Below, piece after piece: positions 29,871 through 41,709 of a stretch of DNA of 64,000 bases. A program made the translations under genes and the position numbers. The DNA lies in NCBI GenBank assembly GCA_963815115.1, contig CAWFFN010000009.1, positions 1,696,001-1,760,000 of the forward strand, given 5' to 3'. Under the pieces are notes generated by a model. That model was not told the DNA's origin. It searched no databases and saw only the letters and a list, made by a program, of their open reading frames with translations. Origin of the DNA: an uncultured delta proteobacterium (GTDB lineage: Bacteria > Desulfobacterota > Binatia > DP-6). Within the stretch, counting starts at the first letter, position 1, and each line of letters opens with the position of its first letter.

Positions 29871-31084
29871 ATGCCGACAGCCCACACCACCGACTGGGGA
29901 TTCGCCAGCGAGCTCGAGGACGTCCGCGGAGCCGTCGCCATCGTCGGCATCGGCGATGCCGACTACACGCAGGCGTCCGGCCGCACGACCCACGAGATCG
30001 CGGCCCAGGCGACGGAGCGCGCGCTCGCCGACGCCGGGCTCCGCGCGTCGCGACATCGACGGGCTCATGTACGTGCCGTTCTCCGGCGACCAGTTCACCG
30101 CGCGCGACTTCCACGCCCACTTCGGCACCTCGCACGACGTGTGGGAATCGGCGCGCGGCGGCGGCATGGTGTGGGCCGGATCGGCGCCCTACGACGCGGC
30201 GCTCGCCATCCGCTCCGGTCGCGCGACCTGCGTGCTGAACACCTTCTCGGTGGCGTGGGCGACGCAGCGCACGCAGATGGTCGGCGGTCCCGGACAGGTG
30301 CACGCCGAGGACGCTCTTCAAGCGGAACCTCGAGGTGCCGTTCGGCTGGTTCCCGCAGCCGGTCTACTTCGCCACCATCGCGCGCCGCCACATGCACGAG
30401 TTCGGCACCACGGCCGGAGCAGCTCGGCGCCATCGCGGTCGCGTGCCGGCGGCACGCCGGCCTCACGCCCGGCGCGGTGATGCGCGACAGGCCGCTGTCG
30501 CTCGCCGACTACCTCGCCAGCCCGCTGATCGCCGACCCGTTCCGCAAGGAGGACTGCTGCCTGATCTCCGACGGCGGCGCGGCCTACCTCATGACCTCGC
30601 TCGAGCGCGCGCGCGACCTGCGCCAGCCGATCGTCGCCGTGCTCGGCGTCGGCGTCGGCAACTCGCGCACCGGCGCGTACTGGTCGCAGCAGGGCGCCTT
30701 CACGTCGACCCCGCAGGTGTTCGCGGCGCCGGGCGCCTTCGCCATGGCCGGGCTCGCGCCGGCGGACGTCGACGTGCTCGCGTGCTACGACCCGTTCACC
30801 ATCGTGTCGCTGATGCAGATCGAGGACATGGGCTTCTGCGCGAAGGGCGAGGGCGGCCCCTTCGTCGCCGGCGACGCGCTGCACTTCGACACCGGCACGC
30901 TGCCCTACAACACGCACGGCGGCATGCTGTCGCACGCCTACGTGCTCGGCATCGCCCACGTCGTCGAGATCGTCCGCCAGCTGCGCCACGAGGCCGGCGG
31001 CGCAGGTGCGCGGCGCGCGAGATCGGCGTCTACGGCGGCTACACCGGCCCGCAGGCGAGCACGCTGGTGCTCGCGAGGCGCTGA
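29871..31084 (+). CDS. Thiolase/SCP-x (lipid-transfer-type) family protein, multiply frameshifted
   Basis: VAIVGIG, DIDGL, DCCLISDGGAA, YDPFT and NTHGGMLSH are spread over several frames, with shifts near 30050, 30312, 30413 and 31000. Confidence 0.8.
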
Positions 31085-31514
31085 TGGACGCCGACTTTCC
31101 GCTGCCCGACGTCGACTGGGAGCCGGCGCGCGCGTTCTGGGAGGGCGCGGCCCGCGGCGAGCTGCGCGTCCCGCGCTGCGACGCGTGCGCGCGCTTCGTC
31201 TGGTATCCGGACACGCCCTGCCGGTGGTGCGGCGGCGCACGGCTCACCTGGCTCGACGTCAGCGGCCGCGGCCGGCTCTTCTCGTGGTCGGTCGTGCGCC
31301 ACGCCTGGATCCCGCAGGTCGCCGACCGGCTGCCCTTCGTCACCGGCCTGGTCGCCCTGGAGGAGGATCCCGGCCGTGCGCCTCGTCACCTACGTGGTCG
31401 ACTGCGCGCCCGAGGCGCTGCGCTGCGACCTGCCGGTCCGCGCCGTCTTCCGTCCGCTGCGCTATCCCGGCGTCGAGCGCGACGGTCATGGCCCCGATGT
31501 TCACGCCCGGCTGA
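31084..31514 (+). CDS. DUF35 Zn-ribbon/OB-fold partner protein, frameshifted
   Basis: AFWEGAARGELRVPRCDAC...PCRWC and SGRGRLFSW; shifts near 31372 and 31478. Confidence 0.8.
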
Positions 31515-31555
31515 CACCTGAGCCGCTGCGTCGTGCTATCGATCGGAGGCCGACC

Positions 31556-32749
31556 ATGTCCGAGCCCTTCTCCGAGGTCGCCAGCATCGACTACCCGATC
31601 ATCGACTCCGACGCGCACGTGAACGAGCCGCCCGAGCTCTGGCAGGAGCGCGTGCCGGCGCGCCTGCGGCCGCGCGCGCCGAAGGTGCTGCACACGGCCG
31701 ACGGCGACGTGTGGTCGTTCGACGACGGCAAGAAGCTGCGGCCGCTCGGCCTCACCGCGACCGCCGGCCTGAGCTACCTGCAGTTTCGCGCCTCGGGCAT
31801 GCGCTACGACACGATCCGCCCCGGCAGCTTCGACACCGCGGCGCGCCTCAAGGACCTCGACGCCGACGGCATCTACGCCCAGATCCTCTACCCGAGCGTC
31901 ACGCTCGCCGGCGCGCGCACCTACAGCGACGACCGCGAGCTGCAGTTCGCCTGCGTGCGCGCCTACAACGAGTGGCTGCTCGAGTTCTGCGCGCCGTCGG
32001 GCGGCCGCCTGGTCCCGCAGGCGATCATCCCGACCACCGGCATCGACGACGCGGTCGCCGAGCTCGAGTGGGCGATGCAAGCACGGCCACAGGGGCGCGC
32101 TGATCGCCGCCTTCCCGAACGGCGAGCTACGAGACCAGCGCCGAGGACGACCGCTTCTGGGCGATCGCGGAGGAGGCCGAGTTCCCGCTCGGCATCCACA
32201 TCGGCAGCTTCAGCGAGACCGGCCTGCAGGCGACCATCACGCAGAGCACGCTGAGCTTCCTCGCCCACGCCGGCGGCTCGAAGGCGGGCGCCGACTCGAT
32301 CCCGGCGGCGACCAAGGTGCTGTTCTCGCGGCGCCTGCGAGAGGTTTCCCCGCCTGCGCTTCGTCATCGTCGAGGGCAACATCGGCTGGATCCCGACGGC
32401 GATGGAGCAGGTCGACGACATGTTCCTGCGCTACCGCTGGTACACCGGCGCCAGCGAGATGATGACGACGATGCCGAGCCGGCTCTTCCACCGCAACTTC
32501 TGGGCGACGTTCATGATCGACACCATCGGCATCGAGCTGCGCCACCACATGAACGTCGACCACCTGATGTGGTCGACCGACTATCCGCACACCGGGACCG
32601 ACTGGCCGAACAACCGCGTCACCATCGCCCGCCTCTTCCGCGGCGTGCCCAGGGACGAGGTGAAGAAGATGCTGCACGACAACTGCAAGGCGCTCTACCA
32701 CCTCGACCACATTCCGGATCATCTGCCCGATCGCCTGCCCGGCCGCTGA
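31556..32749 (+). CDS. Amidohydrolase_2 family protein, frameshifted
   Basis: IIDSDAHVNEP, AYNEWL, IHIG, VEGNIGW and WSTDYPH motifs; shifts near 32080, 32125 and 32330. Confidence 0.82.
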
Positions 32750-32753
32750 GCGA

Positions 32754-35145
32754 GTGCCTGCTCCGCTCGCCGGCGTCCGCGTCCTCGACCTGTCGTCCGA
32801 GATCGCCGGGCCGTACTGCACCAAGCTGCTGGCCGACGCCGGCGCCGACGTGCTCAAGATCGAGCAGCCCGGCGCGGCGATCCGCTGCGGCGCTGGAGCG
32901 CGTCGGGACGGCCGCCGGCCGGGACGAGGACGGCGTGCTGTTCCGCTTCCTCAACACCTCCAAGCGCAGCGCCGCCGTCGATCGCGGCTCCCCGGCGGGC
33001 CGCGAGCGCGTCCTCGAGCTCGCCACCGGCGCGGACATCGTCGTCGAGAGCCTCGGGCCGGGGGCGATCGAGGCGTCGGGCTCGATCCGGAGGCGGTGTG
33101 GACGCGGAACCCCCGCGTCTCGTTCGTCTCCATCTCGCCCTTCGGTCGCGGCGGGCCGTGGAGCCGGCGGCCGGCGACCGAGTTCACGCTCCAGGCGTGG
33201 TGCGGCTCGACCGCGGCGCGCGGCACGCCGGATCGGCCGCCCCTCGCCGCCGGCGGCCGGCTCGGGGAATGGCTCGGCGGCGCGTACGCGGCGGCGGTCG
33301 CGCTCACCGTCTGGCACGGCGCGCGACGCGACGGCCGCGGCGAGCACGTCGACCTCTCGCTCCTCGAGGTGATGGCGCTCACCATGGCGCCGAACACGAT
33401 GGTGTGGGAGAGCCTCGCGGGACATCCCGGGCCGTTCACGCGCACGGTCGAGATCCCGTCCATCGAGCCGGCGCGCGACGGCTGGGTCGGCTTCTGCACC
33501 ATCACGGCGCAGCAGTGGCGCGACTTCCTGGTGCTGATCGAGCGTCCCGACCTGGTCGACGACGCGGCGCTCGCCCGCTGGGACGAGCGCGTGCGGCGGG
33601 CGCCGGAGGTGAACGCCATGATCCATGGCTGGACCGGGCGGCACCGGGTCGCCGAGATCGTCGAGCGGGCCGCCGCGCTGCGCATCCCCGTGGCCGCCAT
33701 CGGCAACGGCGAGACGGTCACGACCTTCGACCACTTCGTCGCCCGCGGCGCCTTCGTGCCCCATCCGGGCGCCGACTTCGTGCAGCCGCGGCCGCCCTAC
33801 CGGCTGTCGGATGCGAGCCTGCGGCCGCTGTCGCCGGCGCCGCGGCTCGGCGCGGACGCGGCCGCGTGGCTGGAGGAGCCTGCCGGCACGGGCGAGCCTC
33901 CCGGAGCCGCCCGGCGACCGCCCGCTCGCCGGCCTGCGCATCGTCGACTTCACCGCCTTCTGGGCCGGCCCGTTCGCCACCCAGTACCTCGCCGCCATGG
34001 GCGCCGACGTCATCAAGGTCGAATCCATCCAGCGCCCCGACGGGATGCGCTTCCAGAGCGTCCGGCCGCCGACCAGCGACGGCTGGTGGGAGTGGAGCGC
34101 GCTCTACCAGACCGTCAACCTCGGCAAGCGCGGCATCACGCTCGATCTCGGCCGCGCCGCCGGCGTCGAGCTGGTGAAGCGCCTGATCGCGCGTTCCGAT
34201 GCCGTGGTGGAGAACTTCTCGCCGCGCGTGATGGACAACCTCGGCCTCGACTACGCGGAGCTCGCCGCGCGCACGCCGCGCCTGATCATGGTGCGCATGC
34301 CGGCCTTCGGCCTCGACGGTCCGTGGCGCGACCGGGTCGGGTTCGCGCAGACCATGGAGCAGCTCACCGGCATGGCGTGGCTCACCGGATTCGCCGACGG
34401 GCCGCCGGTCCTGCCGCGCGGGCCGTGCGATCCGCTCGCCGGCCTGCACGCGGTGGTCGCGCTCCTGGTCGCCCTGGAGCATCGCAACCGCACGGGCCGC
34501 GGCCAGCTCGTCGAGTCGACGATGGTCGAGGCCGCGCTGAACGCCGCCGCCGAGTCGATCCTCGAGTGGGGCGCTCACGGCGCGCGCCTGGCACGCGACG
34601 GCAACCGCGGTCCCGCGGGCGCGCCGCAGAACCTCTACGCCTGCCGCGGCGAGGATCGCTGGCTGGCGCTCGCCGTCACCAGCGACGCCCAGTGGCAGGC
34701 GCTGGTCGACCTGATGGGCGAGCCCGGCCTGGCGCACGACGAGACGCTCGCGACGGCCGCGGGGCGGCGCGACCGGCACGACCGCATCGACGCCGCGATC
34801 CGCGCGTGGTGCGAGGGGCAGGATGCCGAGGCCCTGGCCGACGCGCTCGCGGCACGCGGCATTCCCGCCGCGCCGGTGCTTCCCGCCGCGGGGCTGGGGC
34901 GCAATCCGCAGCTCGCCGCGCGCGGCTTCTTCGAGGCCGTCGCGCACCCGGTCGCCGGCACCCACGTTCATCCCGGCCTTCCCGTGCGCCGCCGCCGCGA
35001 ACGCGGGCGCTGGTACCTGCGGCCGGCGCCGACGCTCGGGGAGCACACCGAGGAGATCCTGCGCGACCTCCTCGGGCTCCACGAGGACGAGATCGAGCGC
35101 CTTCGTGCCGACCGCGTCATCGGGACCCGGCCGCTCGGAGGGTGA
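32754..35145 (+). CDS. Double-domain family III CoA transferase (CaiB/BaiF), frameshifted
   Basis: LAGVRVLDLS...GADVLKIE and a second LAGLRIVDF...GADVIKVE...VENF...APTLGEHT; shifts near 32875-32910, 33078 and 33900. Confidence 0.82.
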
Positions 35146-35162
35146 TCCTGGACCGCCTTCGC

Positions 35163-37437
35163 TCAGAAGGAGATCGGCACCGGCATGTCGACGAGGTTGA
35201 TGATCCCGATCGGCGCGCAGGTCGAGGAGTTGGCCGGCGACGAGAAGGCGACGGTCGCGCGCACGGCCAGCGGATCCGAGGCGCCGCTGGCGGCGATGCT
35301 CACCAGGATGGTGCCGTCCTGTGACCCGGCGGCGGGCGGCCCCACGAAGACGCCATCGAGCCGTGCCCGCCCGGGGCTACCGTTCGTCTGGGCCGAGTTG
35401 GGCAGCTGGAAGCTGCCACAGGGAGTGAGCGCCGTGATCGGGAGCGGGTTGGTGGCGACCTGGGCGGGACTCACCTTGAAGACGTTGATCGTCGCCGTCG
35501 TGCCGCTGTTGGTCACCCGGGCGAACACCACGCTGCCGTCGGGGTGCAGGCGGAAGAAGTCCTCGGCGTAGCTCGAATCGAGGAACTGGAGCGGAGCCGG
35601 CCGCAGCCGCCACAGCCCGGCCGAGTCGAAGCTGGCGAATACCTGCGAGCCGTCGCTCGACGCCTCGAGGTGGGTGGTGTTGTCGATGTCGTCCGCGCAG
35701 CCCGAGAGCCCCTCGACCGCGTCGATGCGGGGGATGAGCGTCTGGTTGGTGCCGTCGCTCTTGCGCACCGCGACCAGGCTCTCCTCCTCGCTCCGGAAGC
35801 AGGTGCTCAGGTCGAGCTGGTGGTTCTCGGCGAGGTACACGCGACCGCCGCCGTCGGCCGAGAAGCCGTCGCAGGCGAGGTGAACGGTGTCGCTCGTCGT
35901 CCGGTCGATGATGGCGATGCTGGTGGTGTTGCCGTTGGCGTCGAGCGTGACCCGCGCCACGTCCACGCCGAGCTCGTCGCCGTCGGGACTCGGGTTGGGA
36001 TCCGTGAACGCGCCGTCGTCGCTCAGCAGATAGAGGCCGCCGGCGCCGTCGGAGCACATCTCGGCGGGATCGAACTGGTTGTACGACGAGCACCCGATGC
36101 CCGAGCCCGGGCAGTCCGCCGGCACGGTGCAGGCCTGGCCGCTGCGATCGCCGCCGAAGCACTGGCCGGTGTGCGGACAGGTGCCTCCGTTCGGGGCGCA
36201 GTCGGCGTCGGTGATGCAGGTGTCGCCCTGGATGAATCCGTTGGCGAAGCACTGGTACACGCCGGTGTCCGGCGCGATGGGCGCGCCGCTCGGCAGGAAG
36301 CCGCGCACGACGCCGAAGTTGTCCGAGAACAGCACCGGCTGCGCGATCTGCGTCGGTCCAGGGCCCGGAGCGCTGCCGCCGAACCCGTGCGCCAGGAAGG
36401 CGGCGAACTGTCGCGTGCTCCTGGGCGTCACCACCGCGATCGTGGCCCCCGCGTGTCCCGCGACCGGGGGTGCGAAGGTGACCGTGACGTCGGCGCTCTC
36501 CTGCGCCCTCAGCAGGAGCGGCTGATCGGTCGTGGAGGGCGTGAGGCCGAAGGCGGATCCCTCGGAGGCGAGACACACGACCAGCAGGCTCGGCACGACC
36601 TTGCTCGGGTCGTTCGGGTCGACCAGGTCGGGGGCGGTGTTCGTCACCCGGAAGGTGAGGGTGGCGCTCGACCCCGGCGCGACGGCGCCGAACTCGAGCG
36701 GACCGTCCGCGGTGATCTGGGGAACGCCCGGCTGGTAGTCGCCCGCGGGGTACGGGCAAGCGGTCAAGGTGACGGCCGCGCTGCCGGCGTCCTGCCCGTC
36801 GCTCACCGTGAGGCGCACGGTCATCGGCCGTTCGTCGCTCGGGTAGACGTGATCCGGAGAGACGTCGCTCGACGTCGCTCCGTCGCCGAAGTCCCACGCG
36901 TAGGTGAGCTCGTCGCCCTCCGGGTCGAAGCTCTGGCTGCCGTCGAAGTCGATCGAGAACCCGGGAATGATGATCCGGGACCCGGGATCGAGGATCGCGG
37001 TCGGCGGCTGGTTGGGGCGCTCGTCGGCGTGGAACCGGATGCGCACGATCTGGCGCTGCCCGCGCCCTTTCGAGCCGGGGTTGCTTGGTCTGCACGAGCA
37101 GGCGCAGCCGGTTCGAGCGGCGCCGGCCGGTGCGTATCCGGTCACCGGGCAGCTTCGCCCGCACGCCGATCTGCTCGCCATTGGCGTCCGTCATCGGCGC
37201 GAAGAGCGAGCTGATGTCGCGGCTGCCGAGGCGAGCCCGGAAGGAGCCGGGGTCGGCGTTCGCGGCGAGGCGCACGACGATGTTCACGAACGGATGCGCG
37301 GAGACGGTGGCGCGCGCGGCCGGCGTGACGACCGTCATGAGCCCGACGGCTGCCTTCCTGTTGCGTGCCGTGCCCGCGGCGGGGCCGAGCAGGAGGATGA
37401 CGGCGCTGATGGCGACGAGGCGGACGGCCCGACGCAT
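35163..37437 (-). CDS. Secreted PKD/Ig-like domain protein with Cys-rich repeats, one frameshift near 37065
   Basis: Signal peptide MRRAVRLVAISAVILLLG, PKD motif FDGSQSFDPEGDELTYAWDFGDG, and an ASH-like LEFGAVAPG domain. Confidence 0.72.
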
Positions 37438-37523
37438 GTCTCGACGGACCATATGGGAGACGTGGTCCGATTGGCAATCCGACGAAAGGGGGCAGGGTGC
37501 GGGCGGAGGCGCGCGGATCGTGC

Positions 37524-38750
37524 CTAATCGCACGTTCCTGAGATGTCGACGAGCGTCACGTCATTCGGGAACGTGTTCCGGAGCTCGTCGGTCTGGGAGA
37601 ACGGCGCGCCGTCGGACTCGGGCAAGCCATTCGCATCCAGCCGGTACGCCTGGACGCGATCGACCGCTCCGCCGCCCACGTAGAGCACGCCGTTCCTGAC
37701 GAACATTCGGAACGGACTGGTGCGGATGTTGGCCTTGGTGATGCGCGTCGCTCCCGAGGGAAGCGAGCCGTCGTCCCTTAGAGTGAACGCATCGATGCGA
37801 CCCTTCTGGAACTGCGAGCCGAGGATGGTGCGCCCTGCCAAGGCAAGCGCGTTGTAGCGGATGTCGTTGCGGGTCCGGCTCAGTCGCGGCTGCCGGAAGC
37901 GATTGGTGACCACGCCCTTGTTGTTGGTCTTCGGATCGTTGAAGAACCCGCCCGGGGGACAGACCGCGGGGTCCGAGCTGAACTGGTTCGGGCACAGCTG
38001 GAAGGACGAGATGGTCCTCCGGAAGCGCTCCCCCACGTAGAGGATGTCGTCGAGCAGGACGAGCGGCGCGGCGCCGTTCAGCTTCCTGCGCTGGGAGTAG
38101 GGGACGACGATCGCGCTGCAGCCCGCCGCGGCGACCGGGTTGCCGTCCGAGTCGGCGCCGTCGAGGAAGTTGCCGTCCGGTCCGAGCTGGTACACGGCCA
38201 CCTCGCCGAAGCCCCCCTTGGTGCGGGCGGCGTAGAGGAAGCCGTTCGCGACCACGATGCTCTCCCACCCCGCCGGCGCGGTGTCCCGCACGCAGGTCTC
38301 GCCGTCCCGCGGCGTCCCGGTAGACAGCCCGTCCGTGTTGAGCGGGAAGGCGGCGATGCGGTTCTGCTGGCGCTGGGGCAGGTAGAGCACGGACCTGCTC
38401 CCGTCGGGCGAGAGCGCGACCGCGATGTCGTGCGAGTTCATGCCCCGCAGCGCCGGCGGGTCGGGGATCTGGCCGGTACGTTCGAGCTGGCCGCGGTCGC
38501 CGATGCCCCAGACCTCCGTCATGTTGGTCTCGCCGACGTAGAGGAACCTGCCGTCGAGCGAGGTGACGAGCCGGCTCGGCGCCTTCCCGTGCGTTGCCAC
38601 GTTGACGATCGGGTTGGGATCGATGGCGCCGTTCGGACCGATGCAGTAGCCGGTCACGGCGCCCGTGGTGGCCGCCGTGGCGTAGAGCATGGTGCCTGCA
38701 GCCGCCGGCGAGGCGGCCGCGAGCGCGAGAGCAAGCAGGGCGCGGTGCAT
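37524..38750 (-). CDS. Secreted beta-propeller protein (lactonase-like)
   Basis: Signal peptide, and repeated blades such as SLDGRFLYVG, LSPDG, GFLYAA and GVLYVG. Confidence 0.7.
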   Translation of the reverse strand: MHRALLALALAAASPAAAGTMLYATAATTGAVTGYCIGPNGAIDPNPIVNVATHGKAPSRLVTSLDGRFLYVGETNMTEVWGIGDRGQLERTGQIPDPPALRGMNSHDIAVALSPDGSRSVLYLPQRQQNRIAAFPLNTDGLSTGTPRDGETCVRDTAPAGWESIVVANGFLYAARTKGGFGEVAVYQLGPDGNFLDGADSDGNPVAAAGCSAIVVPYSQRRKLNGAAPLVLLDDILYVGERFRRTISSFQLCPNQFSSDPAVCPPGGFFNDPKTNNKGVVTNRFRQPRLSRTRNDIRYNALALAGRTILGSQFQKGRIDAFTLRDDGSLPSGATRITKANIRTSPFRMFVRNGVLYVGGGAVDRVQAYRLDANGLPESDGAPFSQTDELRNTFPNDVTLVDISGTCD

Positions 38751-38838
38751 ACGGGACGCGGGTTATAGCAGCGCCTCCCACGGCGGGGAAACGTTGCCCA
38801 GTGTGGCGCCGGCTGGCGCCGGCGCGCATAACCGCACC

Positions 38839-39375
38839 GTGGACGACTGGAACGTGCTCGCGACGTCGGTGGAGGGTGCCCGCCCGATCCTGCTGGCCTG
38901 GCTCCGGCGTCACGCGGCATTCCGGGGAGGCGGCTATCGCAACGTCGCCATCGGGCGCGTCGCCGACGTGCCGGCGTTCCTCGACGCCCTGCGCGACGAC
39001 CTCGCACGAGACCCGGGGCGGGGCGCGGTGCTCGGCCGCGTCCTCCCGATCGAGCGGACGCTGCTCCTCGACCCGACGGACCCGCTCGGCAGCCTCGAGG
39101 CGGCCGTCGAGCCCCTGCACGACCGCCTGGCGGGCGGATCCTACTTCGTGCGCCTCGAGCGGCGGGGGCTGCGTGACGCCCTGCACTCGAGCGACGTCGA
39201 GCGTACCCTCGGCGCCGTGCTCTGGCGCGCCCTGGAGGCGGCTGGCCACGCGCCGCGGGTCGCCTTCCGCGATCCCGACGCGATCGTCGTGATCGAGACC
39301 CTGGGCGAGCGAGCGGGGATCGGGATCATCGACCGCGCCCTGCGCTCGGCCTATCCGTTCGTCCGCATGCGTTAG
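38839..39375 (+). CDS. Stand-alone THUMP-like domain protein
   Basis: DWNVLAT, SYFVRLERRG and VAFRDPDAIVVIETLG patterns. Confidence 0.65.
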   Translation: MDDWNVLATSVEGARPILLAWLRRHAAFRGGGYRNVAIGRVADVPAFLDALRDDLARDPGRGAVLGRVLPIERTLLLDPTDPLGSLEAAVEPLHDRLAGGSYFVRLERRGLRDALHSSDVERTLGAVLWRALEAAGHAPRVAFRDPDAIVVIETLGERAGIGIIDRALRSAYPFVRMR

Positions 39376-39456
39376 GACCGGCAAACTCGCTGCGCACGAA
39401 TCGATGGCCCGCCGCGCTTGACGGGCTGCGGTGCGAGCGAATATCGCCCGCACACG

Positions 39457-40896
39457 ATGGACCACACAAGAGTCGACCTGCCCCGCACGGCACGCGGCGC
39501 GCGGGAGATCTCGCGGCGAACGATCCTTGCCGGCGCCGGCGCGCTCGGGCTCGGCCTCCTGCTGGGGGGCGCGAGCGACGCGGCGGCGGTGGTGCACCGG
39601 CGGCGGAAGCCCGGCTCGCTGCCCTTTCCGCACCTGCCCGAAGGCACCGACACGCTGCCGCAGATCGAGCACATCATCGTGCTCATGATGGAGAACCACT
39701 CCTTCGACGATCACCTCGGCCTGCTCGGCCGCGGCGACGGCTTCCCGCTCCGCAGGGGCGTCCCCGCCGCGGTGAATCCGGACCTCGACGGCAATCCCGT
39801 GCACGCGTTCCACATGCCGAGCACGTGCCAGCTCGACGGCGCCCCGGGCCAGAACTGGAACGCGAGCCACACGGCCTTCGACGGCGGCCGGAACGACGGC
39901 TTCGTGCGCGCGAGCGGACCCGTCGCCATGGGGTACTGGACCGGCGACGATCTGCCCTTCTACTACGGGCTCGCGCGCACCTTTCCGCTCGCGGATCGGT
40001 GGTTCTGTTCGTGCCTCGCGCAGACGTATCCGAACCGGCGGTTCCTCCTCGCCGGTACGGCGGCGGGCATCGTCAGCACGTCGTTCGAAGCGCTGACGGC
40101 GCCGCCCCCGCCCAACGGCAACATCATGGAGCGGCTCGACGCGCACGGCATTCCGTGGCTCGACTACTACTCCGACCTCCCGGGCGTCGGGGTGCTGCTC
40201 GACTACACGCTCGCCCACCAGGACCACCTCGCGCCGATCGCCCGGTTCTTCACGGATGCGGCGGCGGGCGCATTGCCGCCGGTGTCGTTCGTCGATCCGC
40301 TCTTCGACGTGGAGTCCGAGGAGAATCCGCAGAACATCCAGGTGGGCGAGGAGTTCGCGGCCCGTGTCATCAACGCCGCCATGGCGGGGCCCGGGTGGCC
40401 CAAGACCGTGCTCATCTGGTGCTACGACGAGCACGGCGGCTACTACGACCACGTCCCGCCGCCGCGTGCGGTGGCGCCCGACGACATTCCGCCCGACATT
40501 CACGTCCCGCCCGACCTGCCCGGCGGCTACGACCGCTACGGCTTCCGCGTGCCCGCCGTCGTCGTCTCCCCGTGGGCCCGCCGCCACCACGTCTCGCACC
40601 GCGTCCGCGACCAGACCGCGATCCTGAAGCTCATCGAGACGAAGTGGAACCTTCCCGCGTTGACCTTCCGCGATGCGAACTCCGACAACCTGCTCGACTG
40701 CCTCGACTTCCACCGCCCGCCCGCGTTCCTCGAGCCGCCGCTGCTGCCGGCGCCGGGCCTGGTGACCCGACCGAGCGGCTGCCTGCCGGGCAACCCGGGA
40801 GGGCCGATCCCGCCGTCCGCTGGCCTCGTGCGGGAAGGCAATCGCGGGTTCGGGTCGGTCCCGATGGCGCGATATCTCTGGCCGAACGGCCGCTGA
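39457..40896 (+). CDS. Phospholipase C/acid phosphatase (phosphoesterase family) with Tat signal
   Basis: SRRTIL Tat motif, IEHIIVLMMENHSFD, TYPNR, YDEHGGYYDHVPP and GFRVP. Confidence 0.9.
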   Translation: MDHTRVDLPRTARGAREISRRTILAGAGALGLGLLLGGASDAAAVVHRRRKPGSLPFPHLPEGTDTLPQIEHIIVLMMENHSFDDHLGLLGRGDGFPLRRGVPAAVNPDLDGNPVHAFHMPSTCQLDGAPGQNWNASHTAFDGGRNDGFVRASGPVAMGYWTGDDLPFYYGLARTFPLADRWFCSCLAQTYPNRRFLLAGTAAGIVSTSFEALTAPPPPNGNIMERLDAHGIPWLDYYSDLPGVGVLLDYTLAHQDHLAPIARFFTDAAAGALPPVSFVDPLFDVESEENPQNIQVGEEFAARVINAAMAGPGWPKTVLIWCYDEHGGYYDHVPPPRAVAPDDIPPDIHVPPDLPGGYDRYGFRVPAVVVSPWARRHHVSHRVRDQTAILKLIETKWNLPALTFRDANSDNLLDCLDFHRPPAFLEPPLLPAPGLVTRPSGCLPGNPGGPIPPSAGLVREGNRGFGSVPMARYLWPNGR

Positions 40897-40990
40897 ATGA
40901 GAGGCGAACCCACGATCAGGCAGGCGTCGGTTTCGGCCCCGTGGCCCTGGGTGTACGATGCTGGCACCCTGTTCCCGATGGAGGACCCCG

Positions 40991-41698
40991 ATGGCACGTG
41001 ACGACTCTCTCTCCGAGATCGGACTCCGCCCGGTCGCTGCCGAGGAGCGCGTCGGCGCCTTCCTGCGCGGGGTGTACGGCTGGATGGCCGTCGGTCTCGC
41101 GCTCACCGCGGTGGTGGCCTTCTTCGTTGCGAGCAGCAACTGGATCGGCTTCCTCGCTACCCATCGCTGGGTGCTCTTCGCTCTCTTCATCGCGCAGATC
41201 GGCGTCGTGATCACCCTCGCGGCCGGCGCCTCACGCATCGCACCGGGCGTCGCCACGGCGCTCTTCCTCGGGTACTCCGCGCTCACCGGGGTGACGCTGT
41301 CATTGATCCTGCTGGTCTACACCCGCGAGTCGATCGCCGGCACCTTCGTCATCACCGCCGGCATGTTCGGCGCGATGGCGCTCTACGGCACCACGACGCC
41401 GCGCAGCCTCGCGGGCTGGGGGTCGTTTCTCTTCATGGGACTCATCGGCGTCGTGCTCGCGTCGGTGGTGGGCATCTTCTGGCAGAACGATGCACTCCAG
41501 TTCCTGATCGGCTTCGCCGGGGTCATCGTCTTCACGGGGCTCACCGCGTACGACGCCCAGCGGCTGAAGGCCATGGCCCTGGCCGTTCCGGAAGGGCAGA
41601 TCGGCTCGTACACCATCGTGGGCGCGCTCTCGTTGTACCTGAACTTCGTCAACCTGTTCCTGAGCCTGCTCCGGCTCACCGGCGGCCGGCGCGGCTGA
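40991..41698 (+). CDS. Bax inhibitor-1/YccA family membrane protein
   Basis: FLRGVYGWM, LTAYDAQRLK and GALSLYLNFVNLF motifs, with a GGAGG RBS. Confidence 0.92.
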   Translation: MARDDSLSEIGLRPVAAEERVGAFLRGVYGWMAVGLALTAVVAFFVASSNWIGFLATHRWVLFALFIAQIGVVITLAAGASRIAPGVATALFLGYSALTGVTLSLILLVYTRESIAGTFVITAGMFGAMALYGTTTPRSLAGWGSFLFMGLIGVVLASVVGIFWQNDALQFLIGFAGVIVFTGLTAYDAQRLKAMALAVPEGQIGSYTIVGALSLYLNFVNLFLSLLRLTGGRRG

Positions 41699-41709
41699 CC
41701 GTCACCGAG

